DNA of 62,575 nt, the filler included. It is 3 parts of 3 records of this genome, joined end to end, with 100 filler letters (N's around TTAATTAATTAA, not from the genome) between each part and the next. Parts side by side here need not be neighbours in the genome. Positions count along the whole stretch, not along the records: positions 1 to 28,193 come from SRR20825006_1758; 2 more parts are not named here. One strand, written 5' to 3'. A program made the translations under genes and the position numbers. This document shows positions 1 through 9,488 of this stretch, one piece after another. The notes beneath the pieces were generated by a model. The model did no database searches and was not told the DNA's origin. It worked only from the letters and a program-made list of their open reading frames with translations. Numbering within the stretch: the first letter of the stretch is position 1; every line of letters begins with the position of its first letter.

Positions 1-65
1 AACGCTGCCCGCATTTATCGGACAACAATATTTATAAATAAAACATAATTCCCTCGACATAAAAA

Positions 66-211
66 GCTTTCCTGCACCATAAAAAGGCTTTCCCCGCATG
101 GTAAGTACCTATCCCGACGAACTTTTATAGCTTCCTGCAGGTATAGTTACCCTTCCCGCCAGCTTAGTATGCTTTCCCCGCAGACTTGGAATGCTTCCCC
201 GCAGCGGGGAA
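66..211. repeat. 21-bp-period array of 7 units (core ~CTTTCCYGCA) ending in a short inverted repeat
   Basis: TCC occurs at exactly 70, 91, 112, 133, 154, 175 and 196, each inside a related core with variable spacers; terminal hairpin TTCCCCGC-A-GCGGGGAA at 195-211. Confidence 0.85.
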
Positions 212-287
212 ACAATTATTTACCCAATAACCCAACAAAAGTAGGATGTGCAAACATAAAAAGGGCTCAAAAGGAAAAAAAATCAAC

Positions 288-404
288 TACCTCTAGGCAA
301 GCCTACGAGGTATTCAAAATAAAAATATTTTAATTCATTTCGACGTAAAGCCCTTCGGGAAACTCAGACAAGCTTTGGGAGATAAACTCTTCCAGAGGGA
401 TTAA
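288..404. repeat. Interspersed palindromic repeat element, copy 1
   Basis: TACCTCTAGGCAAGCCTACGAGGTA hairpin followed by a CCTTCGGGAAACTCAG core shared with 22651-22768; the tail resembles 18640-18687. Confidence 0.7.
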
Positions 405-425
405 TTTTCAGGAATCCTTTTACAT

Positions 426-1445
426 TTATAGTGTAGATTCTCTTTTTACAAGACTGGATTTAATAATTTCGGTTTCGTAAGGACGCGATTCAAAATCTTC
501 TTCCTCCAAACGTTTTATAAGTAAGTCTACCGCCTTCTCTCCTATCTCTTCTCCGTGTTGACTTACGGTGGTTAATGACGGACTGCTACTAATAGATATA
601 ATCCCGTCTGTAAAACCAATTACCGAAACATCTTTTGGTGCTGATTTCCCCATTTTCTGAGCAATTTTCATTGCAGAAACAGCAAAAAATTCTGTAACTC
701 CAAAAACAGCATCTACTTCATTATTTTTAAAAAGCTCTTCAACAGGTTCAAAACCACCATAAAAATCTTCTACTTTCACTATTAGGTTTTCATCAACCTC
801 AATTCCAGCATCTGCAAGTGCTTTTTTATAACCTTCGGTACGTAACTTTCCAACACTCATATAATCGGGCATCGTAATTAATGCAATACGCTTACGCCCA
901 CTTTCTATTAAATATTGAACAGCACTGTAAGCCCCATGAAAATCGTCTATAATTACCTTATCACAATTTACTTGATCGGTTATTCTATCAATCATAACCA
1001 CAGGCATTCCTTGGTTAATTACTTCATTTATATGATGAAAATCTTGCTTTTTTTCGGTGTCTTTAGAAAGAGACATAATAAACCCATCAATACTTCCATT
1101 TGCCAACATTTGCATATTGATAACCTCTTTATCAAAAGATTCATTTGAGATACACACAATTACATTATAACCTTTGGCAGTTGCCAAACGCTCTACACCA
1201 GTAATTACGGAAGAGAAAAAATAATGAACAATTTCTGGAAGGATAATTCCAATATTTTTTGTTTTCTGATTCTTTAAACTTAAAGCAATATTATTGGGTT
1301 TATAGTGATGTTCTTTAGCAAAAGCTTGAATAATTTCTTTTGTTTTTTCACTAATTTCCGGACTATCTTTTAATGCTTTTGAAACTGTAGAAATAGAAAC
1401 ATTAAATCTTCTTGAAATCTCTTTAAGCGTTATTTTTTGCTTCAT
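426..1445 (-). CDS. LacI-family transcriptional regulator
   Basis: N-terminal HTH (ITLKEISRRFNVSISTVSKAL), YKPN hinge, sugar-binding domain with VSVIGF...PSLTTV. Confidence 0.95.
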   Translation of the reverse strand: MKQKITLKEISRRFNVSISTVSKALKDSPEISEKTKEIIQAFAKEHHYKPNNIALSLKNQKTKNIGIILPEIVHYFFSSVITGVERLATAKGYNVIVCISNESFDKEVINMQMLANGSIDGFIMSLSKDTEKKQDFHHINEVINQGMPVVMIDRITDQVNCDKVIIDDFHGAYSAVQYLIESGRKRIALITMPDYMSVGKLRTEGYKKALADAGIEVDENLIVKVEDFYGGFEPVEELFKNNEVDAVFGVTEFFAVSAMKIAQKMGKSAPKDVSVIGFTDGIISISSSPSLTTVSQHGEEIGEKAVDLLIKRLEEEDFESRPYETEIIKSSLVKRESTL

Positions 1446-1675
1446 AGTGTAATCTTCCTTTTATAGCTAAGTTCAAAATTACGCTTTTTCAATTAAATGG
1501 AAGTTTTTATTTCGCTAAGTAACTCTTAAATTAATACAATCTACTTGTATTAAATAACTTTCGTAGAATGAAAGTAAATACTCAATAATAAGCTCATTAA
1601 ATAGAAAAGAGAATCATAAAATGTTTTTCTCTAAGTATTAAAACTTTAAAACTTAAGTAGCCTATGCAAATTGGG

Positions 1676-2122
1676 TTATTTGTATTTTATAGATTCCCAG
1701 TATTTATCTGCTCTTTCTGCTAATCTATCTGCACCTTCTTCTGCCCATAAAGTCAATGTATTGGTTTTTCCAGCATTATAAAACAGATACAATTTCCCAT
1801 TTCTAATTTCATAGGTTTCTGGGTTTATTCTGACCTTTTCTCCACTTGCAATTGCATAAGCGCAATAACCTCCATATTGTGGAATGTATTTTTTAGGTGA
1901 ATTTTTAAATGCTTTTAAATGTGCTTCGGAAGTAAATAAAAATTTAGCATTATCATAAACAACAGCTAAGTTCTCTATCCCCTTAGTGGGTTTTCCTTCA
2001 AAATAAGAAACAACATCATAGCCTTGGGCAACAGCTCCCTTTTTGGTATTGTAATCTATAGAACTTTGTGCAGTGATGGTACTAAAAGTAAGAAGAAGAA
2101 ATAGAGAAATAAGTGTCTTCAT
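1676..2122 (-). CDS. Secreted YHS-domain protein
   Basis: Signal peptide; GYDVVSYF, PQYGGYCAYA and GKLYLFYN motifs. Confidence 0.85.
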   Translation of the reverse strand: MKTLISLFLLLTFSTITAQSSIDYNTKKGAVAQGYDVVSYFEGKPTKGIENLAVVYDNAKFLFTSEAHLKAFKNSPKKYIPQYGGYCAYAIASGEKVRINPETYEIRNGKLYLFYNAGKTNTLTLWAEEGADRLAERADKYWESIKYK

Positions 2123-2187
2123 AATAAATACAAAATATATTAATTACTAGCTTAGTAGCTATTATAATAGAAACATTACAGAAGACT

Positions 2188-3162
2188 TTATAAAACCATT
2201 AAATTACAACCACGGATGTCGGAATTATCAAAGCGACCAATAACCTCAAATTCTTTTCCGTTTTTCCTCCCTAAATCTTGAGTAGCAATAAAAGAACAGG
2301 AATTTATATTTGCCAAATCAATTACATTGATTCCTCCAGACTTTCCGTCATCAAAAATAGTAAGTGCATCTTCTGGATCTCGAATTATAATATCCATCCA
2401 CGGAGGACATTCAAAAACTCCATTCCCTATAGAATACCCTTGTGAAAGCAACTCGGTCATTCCATATTCAGAATGGATTTTATCAACATTAAAACCTGCT
2501 GCTAAAACCGAATGAAGTTCGGCGCGAATCATTTCCTTTCTACGACCTTTCATGCCGCCAGTTTCCATAACAATGGTATGCTGTAAATTAAAATTGAAGG
2601 TTTCTATTAAATTTAATAACGCAAAAGAAACCCCAATAAGCAATACTTTTTTGCCCGCTGCGTCCAATTTTTTGAGATGCTGTGCTAATTCTTCTAAATT
2701 ATGAAGGTAAAAGCCACTCTCGGAAGCCTCAGACTGCTCAATCATATCGTTTACCATATAAATAAGCGAAGAACCTGTACGTTCTAAATATGCAGGTAAA
2801 AGTGCTAAAACAGTATACTCTTTAATATTTCCATAGAAATAAGAAAACCCTTTTCTAAAGCTTTCTTCATAAACACTTATATCTGTAACCAAATGTTTAC
2901 TTGTTAAATTTCCTGTGGTTCCGCTACTGGTAAAGATAGTTTGTGGAGGTTTTGAAGAACTTAGAATTTCGCGAGATTTAAAAAACTCAATCGGCAAAAA
3001 AGGGATTTCTTCTTTTGTTTTTACATTTTGCGGATTGCGCTTAAGATAGTTGCAAAACTCACGGTAAACAGGATTGTTTTCATACTGAAATCCAAAAACA
3101 TTTAATGCTGTTTTATTAAAATCGGCATTCGTTTTAATTTCAAAAACACTTTCTGGACTCAT
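2188..3162 (-). CDS. LuxE-like acyl-protein synthetase / acyltransferase
   Basis: FTSSGTTG, ETGGMKG, SEYGMTEL, FIATQDLG and RGCN motifs; start placed at MSPES. Confidence 0.85.
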   Translation of the reverse strand: MSPESVFEIKTNADFNKTALNVFGFQYENNPVYREFCNYLKRNPQNVKTKEEIPFLPIEFFKSREILSSSKPPQTIFTSSGTTGNLTSKHLVTDISVYEESFRKGFSYFYGNIKEYTVLALLPAYLERTGSSLIYMVNDMIEQSEASESGFYLHNLEELAQHLKKLDAAGKKVLLIGVSFALLNLIETFNFNLQHTIVMETGGMKGRRKEMIRAELHSVLAAGFNVDKIHSEYGMTELLSQGYSIGNGVFECPPWMDIIIRDPEDALTIFDDGKSGGINVIDLANINSCSFIATQDLGRKNGKEFEVIGRFDNSDIRGCNLMVL

Positions 3163-3224
3163 ACACCTCTTATTATGTTGCAAAAATAAGTTTTAGTTAT
3201 AAGGTAAAGAAACATAAAAGGCAT

Positions 3225-3258
3225 AAAAAAACCACCCCGCAATGAAGCGGGGTGGTTT
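3225..3258 (-). terminator. Intrinsic terminator after the lipoprotein gene
   Basis: 12-bp stem AAACCACCCCGC/GCGGGGTGGTTT with a T-run on the minus strand. Confidence 0.85.
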
Positions 3259-3283
3259 GAAAAATATTTTTATAAACTTTATA

Positions 3284-5224
3284 TTAAAGTCTAGCCTCAA
3301 TCCAAGACCATCCAGAAATATCAAGTATTGTACCATTAAATACATCGTCTGTAGCAGACGTTAAAGCAGTACCATCTACAATAATATTACTAACTGGACC
3401 ATCATTTGCCATATCTACATTTGTAGCATAACCAGAAACATATGCGTTAGTAAAAGTAGCTCCAGATTCTTTTTTGAACTGTAAAGCAGTCCCATCTACT
3501 GTAGAAACTGCAGTAAAGTTTACTAGTGATGGATTTCCATTTGTTCCATCAGCTTCCACAGCTGTAGAGAAACCAGCAACAGTATGAGAAACATACGTAT
3601 TTGTTACAGTTCCATTCCAACCTTCAGTCCAGTCAACTGCATCATCTTCGTTATTTTCTAAATAAATATTTGTTGCAGAAACTGTTCCTCCAAAAAATTC
3701 CACACCGTCGTCAGCACCGTTAATTACAGCTATATTTTCAACAATAGTTTCAGAACCTACAGCGTAGAAAGAAACACCATTATATTGAGACTCAGAGTTA
3801 ATTTGAGCTCCAGTTCCGATAATTACTAAGTTTTTGATAGAACCTGAGCTATCAGCATCGTTACTTCCTCCATAGATAAATCCACCTACTTCAGCAGTAG
3901 CATTAACTCCTTCAGAAGTTGTAGCATCTCCACAAAGTGTTAATCCTCCCCAATCTCCAGGGTTCCCATTAGCTGAAGCCATAACAACAGGATTATCTTC
4001 AGTTCCTTGGATGTCTATTTCACCTCCTTTTAATACAGCAATATACACATCTGTACCACCATCTCTTGCAGTTATTTTTGTTCCTGCAGGAATAATTAAT
4101 TTTCCACCATCTAAAACAATTAAAGAAGAATTTAAAGTATATGCTACAGAAGCATCTAAAGTTACTTCTTCCTCTATTGTACCTTGTAATAAGGTATTAT
4201 CAATTACTACTTCTGTAGAAACCCAAGAAAAATCATCTGCAGAAACAGTAGGAGCACTTGTATAAGTTAACTCAGGATTTGCAGCAACACCTTCAATAAG
4301 AATATTTGCAAGTGGTCCATCATTAGCCATATCTACTGAAGTATCATATCCTGTTAAAGATAAACCTGTAATAGTAGCTCCAGATTCTTTTTTGAATTGT
4401 AAAGCAGTACCACCAACGGTAGAAACAGCTGTTAAATTAACAAGCTTTGGATTATTGTTAGTTCCATCTGCTTCAACAACAGTAGAAAAACCTTCGATAG
4501 TATGTAACACATAAGCATTTGTTACTGTACCATTCCAACCTTCAGTCCAGTCGATAGCATCATCTTCATTGTTTTCTAAATAAAGATTAGTCACAGAAAC
4601 AGCTCCACCAAAAAATTCAACTCCGTCATCAGAACCATTTAAGATTGCTACGTTATCAATAGTAGTTCCAGAACCAACAGCATACATTGTAAGTCCGTTA
4701 TATTGAGACTCTGCATTGATTTGAGCTCCAGCACCAGCAATTGTTAAATATTTGATAGAACCTGAACTATCTGCATTATCTGTACCTCCATAAACTAAGC
4801 TTCCAACTTCAGCAGTAGCATCAATCCCTTCAGAAGTAACACCGTTACCACAAAGTAATAAACCACCCCAATCTCCAGGATTTCCATCTTCAGAAGTCAT
4901 TAAAACAGGTGAACTTGCATTACCTTGAACATCTATTTCAGCACCTTGAAAAATTGCTATATAATTATCTGTTCCTTTCTCTGCTACAATTTGAGTACCA
5001 GCTGGAATTGTTAATTTAGCTCCTTCTAATACATTAAATGATCCTGTCAATTTGTATGTAATAGTTGGGTCTAATGTTAAATCTTCAGAAATACTACCCT
5101 CTAATGTATTTGGTGTAGGCTCTGGCCCTGGTGCAGGTGAATCATCATCACTACTACATCCAGTAAGGACAAGTCCGAAAAACACAGCACATAATGCTGA
5201 AATTTTAATAATTGATTTTTTCAT
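3284..5224 (-). CDS. Lipoprotein with two tandem ~290-aa acidic beta-rich domains, partner of the TonB receptor
   Basis: Lipobox LTGC followed by SSDDD; motifs GDWGGL, DDGVEFFGG and EDDAxDWTEGWNG each occur twice. Confidence 0.8.
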   Translation of the reverse strand: MKKSIIKISALCAVFFGLVLTGCSSDDDSPAPGPEPTPNTLEGSISEDLTLDPTITYKLTGSFNVLEGAKLTIPAGTQIVAEKGTDNYIAIFQGAEIDVQGNASSPVLMTSEDGNPGDWGGLLLCGNGVTSEGIDATAEVGSLVYGGTDNADSSGSIKYLTIAGAGAQINAESQYNGLTMYAVGSGTTIDNVAILNGSDDGVEFFGGAVSVTNLYLENNEDDAIDWTEGWNGTVTNAYVLHTIEGFSTVVEADGTNNNPKLVNLTAVSTVGGTALQFKKESGATITGLSLTGYDTSVDMANDGPLANILIEGVAANPELTYTSAPTVSADDFSWVSTEVVIDNTLLQGTIEEEVTLDASVAYTLNSSLIVLDGGKLIIPAGTKITARDGGTDVYIAVLKGGEIDIQGTEDNPVVMASANGNPGDWGGLTLCGDATTSEGVNATAEVGGFIYGGSNDADSSGSIKNLVIIGTGAQINSESQYNGVSFYAVGSETIVENIAVINGADDGVEFFGGTVSATNIYLENNEDDAVDWTEGWNGTVTNTYVSHTVAGFSTAVEADGTNGNPSLVNFTAVSTVDGTALQFKKESGATFTNAYVSGYATNVDMANDGPVSNIIVDGTALTSATDDVFNGTILDISGWSWIEARL

Positions 5225-5289
5225 AATAAAATTAAATTTAATATTCACGATTGATTTATAGCTGCCTTATGTATTTATGAGGCTTACTT

Positions 5290-8082
5290 TTAAAAACTAT
5301 AGTTAACACCTAAACTAAATCTTGCACCGTTTGAGTATGATCTTACAACCTGATTAGTCTCAATACCTGTTGTACTTGGTCTAGTTTTTTGAGTTCTTTC
5401 TATTTCTGGATTTAATAGGTTCCTTCCTAATATTTTAAAGTTCCAATGCTCTCCTAAATCTTGACTTAAAACTACATCTAACGTAACAAATCCTTTTTCT
5501 ATAATCTCGTCATTGTAGTTAATATCACTTTCTGTTTGAATAACTGGTGCACCTAATGCAAATATCTTATCTGATGCATAGTTTGCTGTTACGCTAGCAT
5601 TAAATTCATTAATACTATTTGTAGAAAAATTTAACGTTGAATTAAAGATCCAGTCTGAAGCTCCTTGAAGACCTGTTTCTGTAAGTCCTTTATATCTAAA
5701 AGTTCTAACAAAATTTCCATCTTCATTATAAATTTCTTTAAGATCTTGCTCATGCCACATTCTAGTAGCATTTAAATTTAAGTTTATATTATACCCTGCA
5801 TCCACATCAGCAGATTTAATAAGATCTAATTTTGTTTCTAGTTCTAAACCATAAACACGTGCTTCATCTCCAGAGTTGAAGTATGAAAATACGCCCGCTG
5901 AACCTCTATCTTGAACTTTATTTATAGGATCTTCTATAGTTTTATAAAACCCAGCAAAAGAAATTAATTGTCCTGGCGATAAAAAGTATTCATATTTTAA
6001 ATCGTAATTGTAGTTTGTAGAAGCTTCAATGTCTGGATTACCTCTAGTAACCTGACCTGTAGGCGATACATACTCAAAAGGCGCCATTTCTTTAAACTCA
6101 GGTAATGTAATTGTTTTACTTGTTGAAAAACGAAGTCCATGTTTTTCATTAAAACTATACTTCATATTCAAACTAGGATACACATTTGAATATGTTTTTT
6201 CAGAAACACCAACTCTTCCAGGATAGTTTCCAACGTTAAAGTCTACGTTTAAGTCATCATATTCGTATCGCATTCCTACATTAACATTGAAATTCTTAAC
6301 AGCTACATTAAAATCTACATAACCTCCGTAAGAATTTAATTTCCCATTATAAGTATCAGGAGTTAAAGCCTCCATATCCAATGTTCCATTATCAAAGTTT
6401 TGCTGTGTAAAAATGGCACCTAGATCATCAATAGATGTTGGATTTATTGCATTTGTAAAAGCTTCTTCAACACCATAAAATTGTGAAATAAAATCTCTCT
6501 TTTTATTTCTATAATTCATTCCTACATTCATATTAAAAGACTTTTCTTCTTCATCTATAAATGTTAATTTATCTTTCAATAAACCGTTTATTTCTCTGTC
6601 GTCAATTTCTTGGTAAGACTTACGTTGCTGAAAACCTCCTGTTCTTCCTAATTGAACAAAATCGCTATCTGGATCAAAGTTTACTTCATTACGAATTCTA
6701 TTAGGCTCATCGGCATCAACCATATTATAACCTAAAGCCCATTCTAAATGATTTCTTTCAGATATATAGTGACTTCCCTCTAATTGATTCACCCAGATTT
6801 TTGTTTGTTTTGTGTTTTGATCTCTTATAAACTGAGACAAACCTTCCACTGGTTCTGTTTCCTCAAAAATGGTTCCTTCTCCATTCCTACCTCCTTCATA
6901 TACATTATCTGAAACTGTATTAATAAATAAACTGTGATACTTTACTTTATTACTATTGTTAATATTATAACCAACATCTAAAAGTCCCGTAGTATTGATA
7001 TTCTTAGTATAGGTAGTTGCATCTGTAATGCTATCATCTATAAAATTGCTACTGAATTGTCTAAAAACACCTTCTCTATATTGATAACTTCTTCCTTGAG
7101 AACCTGCGAAGAAAACAGATAATTTCTCTCCTATACGTTTTCCTGCAGTTACAGCATAACGATAGTTAACAGGATTTTCTATACTTCTAGTATTCCATGT
7201 TTGGTTTGCAATAGCTGCTTCTGTAGACATTGGTTGCTTATAAAAACCCATCGTAATGTCATTAGAATTAGGAGAAAGTTTGAAATTATCTCTAACGCCA
7301 CTTTGCATAACATTAGTGTTAACGCCTCCTCTTATATCTACAGTAAGCTCTTTATTCCCAGCTAGCTCTTTTGTAGTAACATCTATATTTCCAGAAGCTT
7401 GATCTGCATACCCTTTTGCTGAATATGTCTTACTAATACTTACATTCTGAATAATTCTAGTAGGAAATAACGATAAATCTATATTCTTTCTTTCAACATC
7501 ATCAGAAGGAATTGGTAATCCATTTAAAGTAGTAGACAGGTATCTATCTCCTAACCCTCTTACAAAAACATCTCCAGAGCCCTCGCTACTAGTTACTCCA
7601 GATATTTTAGTTGTAGCTGTAGCCACATCAGAAACCCCTATTTTAGATAGTTGTTGTGCTCCAATACTTTCTTTTATCTCAACAGCTTTTTTCTGATCTA
7701 ATAATAAAGCAGTTTCAGAATCTCTTCTTGCAGTGGTAGTTACTACCACCTCATCTAAACTAACACTTCCAGCTCCTAAAGCAGTATTTAACTCTGTTAC
7801 TTTTCCTGCTTCAACTTTTATATTTGGTACTTGCAATGTTTCATAACCAACAAAACTTATAACAATTGTATAAGTTCCTGGTTCCACATCACTAATTTCG
7901 TACAACCCATCCATATCGGTAGTTGTACCTTTTGTTGCTCCGCTTATTTGCACATTGGCAAACGGTAGCGGATCGTTGTTCATTTCTTTGTCGGTAATAA
8001 CTCCAACTATAGATCCTGTTGTTTCTTGCGCCATACCTAACGCACTCACAAACAGTACTAATAATGTAAATAAATGTTTCAT
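5290..8082 (-). CDS. TonB-dependent receptor
   Basis: Signal peptide, CarboxypepD_reg-like N-domain, plug motif VRGLGDRY, GNPDIE, terminal Phe (GVNYSF). Confidence 0.93.
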   Translation of the reverse strand: MKHLFTLLVLFVSALGMAQETTGSIVGVITDKEMNNDPLPFANVQISGATKGTTTDMDGLYEISDVEPGTYTIVISFVGYETLQVPNIKVEAGKVTELNTALGAGSVSLDEVVVTTTARRDSETALLLDQKKAVEIKESIGAQQLSKIGVSDVATATTKISGVTSSEGSGDVFVRGLGDRYLSTTLNGLPIPSDDVERKNIDLSLFPTRIIQNVSISKTYSAKGYADQASGNIDVTTKELAGNKELTVDIRGGVNTNVMQSGVRDNFKLSPNSNDITMGFYKQPMSTEAAIANQTWNTRSIENPVNYRYAVTAGKRIGEKLSVFFAGSQGRSYQYREGVFRQFSSNFIDDSITDATTYTKNINTTGLLDVGYNINNSNKVKYHSLFINTVSDNVYEGGRNGEGTIFEETEPVEGLSQFIRDQNTKQTKIWVNQLEGSHYISERNHLEWALGYNMVDADEPNRIRNEVNFDPDSDFVQLGRTGGFQQRKSYQEIDDREINGLLKDKLTFIDEEEKSFNMNVGMNYRNKKRDFISQFYGVEEAFTNAINPTSIDDLGAIFTQQNFDNGTLDMEALTPDTYNGKLNSYGGYVDFNVAVKNFNVNVGMRYEYDDLNVDFNVGNYPGRVGVSEKTYSNVYPSLNMKYSFNEKHGLRFSTSKTITLPEFKEMAPFEYVSPTGQVTRGNPDIEASTNYNYDLKYEYFLSPGQLISFAGFYKTIEDPINKVQDRGSAGVFSYFNSGDEARVYGLELETKLDLIKSADVDAGYNINLNLNATRMWHEQDLKEIYNEDGNFVRTFRYKGLTETGLQGASDWIFNSTLNFSTNSINEFNASVTANYASDKIFALGAPVIQTESDINYNDEIIEKGFVTLDVVLSQDLGEHWNFKILGRNLLNPEIERTQKTRPSTTGIETNQVVRSYSNGARFSLGVNYSF

Positions 8083-8132
8083 TGTTTGATTTTAATTCCG
8101 ATGCAAATAAACGAGCCATCTACAAAAAGGAA

Positions 8133-8200
8133 GTTACCCGCGTGTTAAACATAAGTAAGTCCAATGTTACATTTGTGTTACCATATTAAATCATTGTTAA
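8133..8200. promoter_or_regulatory. Phased GTTA[A/C] direct repeats, candidate PhoB/OmpR-type boxes
   Basis: GTTAC 8133, GTTAA 8144, GTAAG 8155, GTTAC 8166, GTTAC 8177 (exact 11-bp steps), between the divergent TonB receptor and response regulator genes. Confidence 0.65.
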
Positions 8201-8356
8201 CTGCTTTCATATTTTAATATTATCTTTACTTTTGACCTCGGAAAGGATAACCAAGAACTTTTTAAATCATTAAAAATGTTTTAGTTATCTAAAAAAAACA
8301 ACTATAAAATGTTTTTGCTGAAGAAATGCGAGACATAACTAAACCTTACAACACAG

Positions 8357-9043
8357 ATGAAAAAAAGGGAAATTAAAATCCTTTTAGTCGATGACGAACC
8401 GGATATATTAGAAATCGTAGGATATAATTTATCTACTGAAGGATACAATGTTACTACTGCAAAAAACGGTATTGAAGCAATTGCTAAAGCAAAAAAAGAA
8501 AAACCACACCTTATTATTCTCGATGTAATGATGCCAGAAATGGACGGTATCGAAACTTGTGAACAAATAAGAAAATCTACCGATTTAAAAGACACTATTA
8601 TTACTTTTCTTACTGCACGTGGTGAAGATTACTCTCAAGTAGCAGGTTTTGATGCTGGAGCAGACGATTATATTACCAAGCCTATCAAACCAAAAGTATT
8701 GGTAAGCAAAGTTAAAGCTCTACTTAGACGCTTAAAAGAAGATGATGAGCCTGTTGAAAGCATTGTTAAGGTTGGTAATATTACCATTAACCGTGACGAA
8801 TACAAAATTATTCAGTCTGGAGAAGAAATTATCCTTCCAAGAAAGGAATTCGAATTACTTTCATTATTAGCCAGCAGACCAGGAAAGGTTTTTAAAAGAG
8901 ACGAAATCCTAGACAAGGTATGGGGTAACGAAGTAATTGTTGGAGGGAGAACTATTGATGTACATATCCGTAAACTACGTGAAAAAATTGGCGACGATCA
9001 TTTTAAAACTGTAAAAGGAGTTGGCTATAAATTTGTATTATAA
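8357..9043 (+). CDS. OmpR/PhoB-family response regulator (PhoB-like)
   Basis: Receiver motifs LVDDE, LDVMMP and GADDYITKP; winged helix RTIDVHIRKLREK...TVKGVGY. Confidence 0.93.
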   Translation: MKKREIKILLVDDEPDILEIVGYNLSTEGYNVTTAKNGIEAIAKAKKEKPHLIILDVMMPEMDGIETCEQIRKSTDLKDTIITFLTARGEDYSQVAGFDAGADDYITKPIKPKVLVSKVKALLRRLKEDDEPVESIVKVGNITINRDEYKIIQSGEEIILPRKEFELLSLLASRPGKVFKRDEILDKVWGNEVIVGGRTIDVHIRKLREKIGDDHFKTVKGVGYKFVL

Positions 9044-9152
9044 ATTCTATTATCCCAAGTATAACACCCAGAGAAAACCTGTAATGTATTCAAAAAAAAT
9101 ACTTTCACACATTTAATACAGAGGCTTTCGATAAAAATTTAATAAGATTTGA

Positions 9153-9309
9153 GAGGCTTTCTAAAGAGTAATTTGTAGTTATCATCCTTCGACAAGCTCA
9201 GGATGACAGACAAGCTCAGGATGACAGAAAAGATCTGGATGACAGACTAGCTCAGGTTAACAGACAATCAGGTTGACATATAAATTTTAAATACTTTTTA
9301 GATAGTCTC
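9153..9309. mobile_element. MITE-like element with imperfect terminal inverted repeats enclosing five tandem 18-bp REP-like units
   Basis: Ends GAGGCTTTCTAAAGAGTA and TACTTTTTAGATAGTCTC are complementary at 15/18 positions; units GACAAGCTCAGGATGACA at 9191, 9209, 9227, 9245 and 9263, decaying rightwards. Confidence 0.6.
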
Positions 9310-9488
9310 CAACAAACAAAAGGAACAACATTCTAAAATTAAAAATTGATAGATTTTGATTTAAGTTTATTCTTACAATCTAAATCTATCATCTTTATTT
9401 TATAACTTTAACCATGGTTTCATAAACCCTAATTTTTAGTATTTAACAAAACACATAGCAACCTTTTAGCAGATTTAACATAACAATT

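Noticed and set aside
1-48. 3' end of an upstream gene
   Set aside because: All three plus frames stop within 48 nt; too little sequence to choose a frame or product.
2188-3162. LuxE-like gene as evidence of bioluminescence
   Set aside because: No luxAB or luxCD nearby; stand-alone LuxE-like genes are common in Bacteroidota.
9191-9278. Short arrays (here, 66-211 and 38827-38937) as CRISPR arrays
   Set aside because: Units are 11-21 bp with no 25-45 nt unique spacers, and there are no cas genes.
9441-9486. TAACA/TAGCA repeats upstream of the kinase as a second Pho box
   Set aside because: Spacing is irregular (12, 11, 9, 5 nt) in AT-rich DNA.
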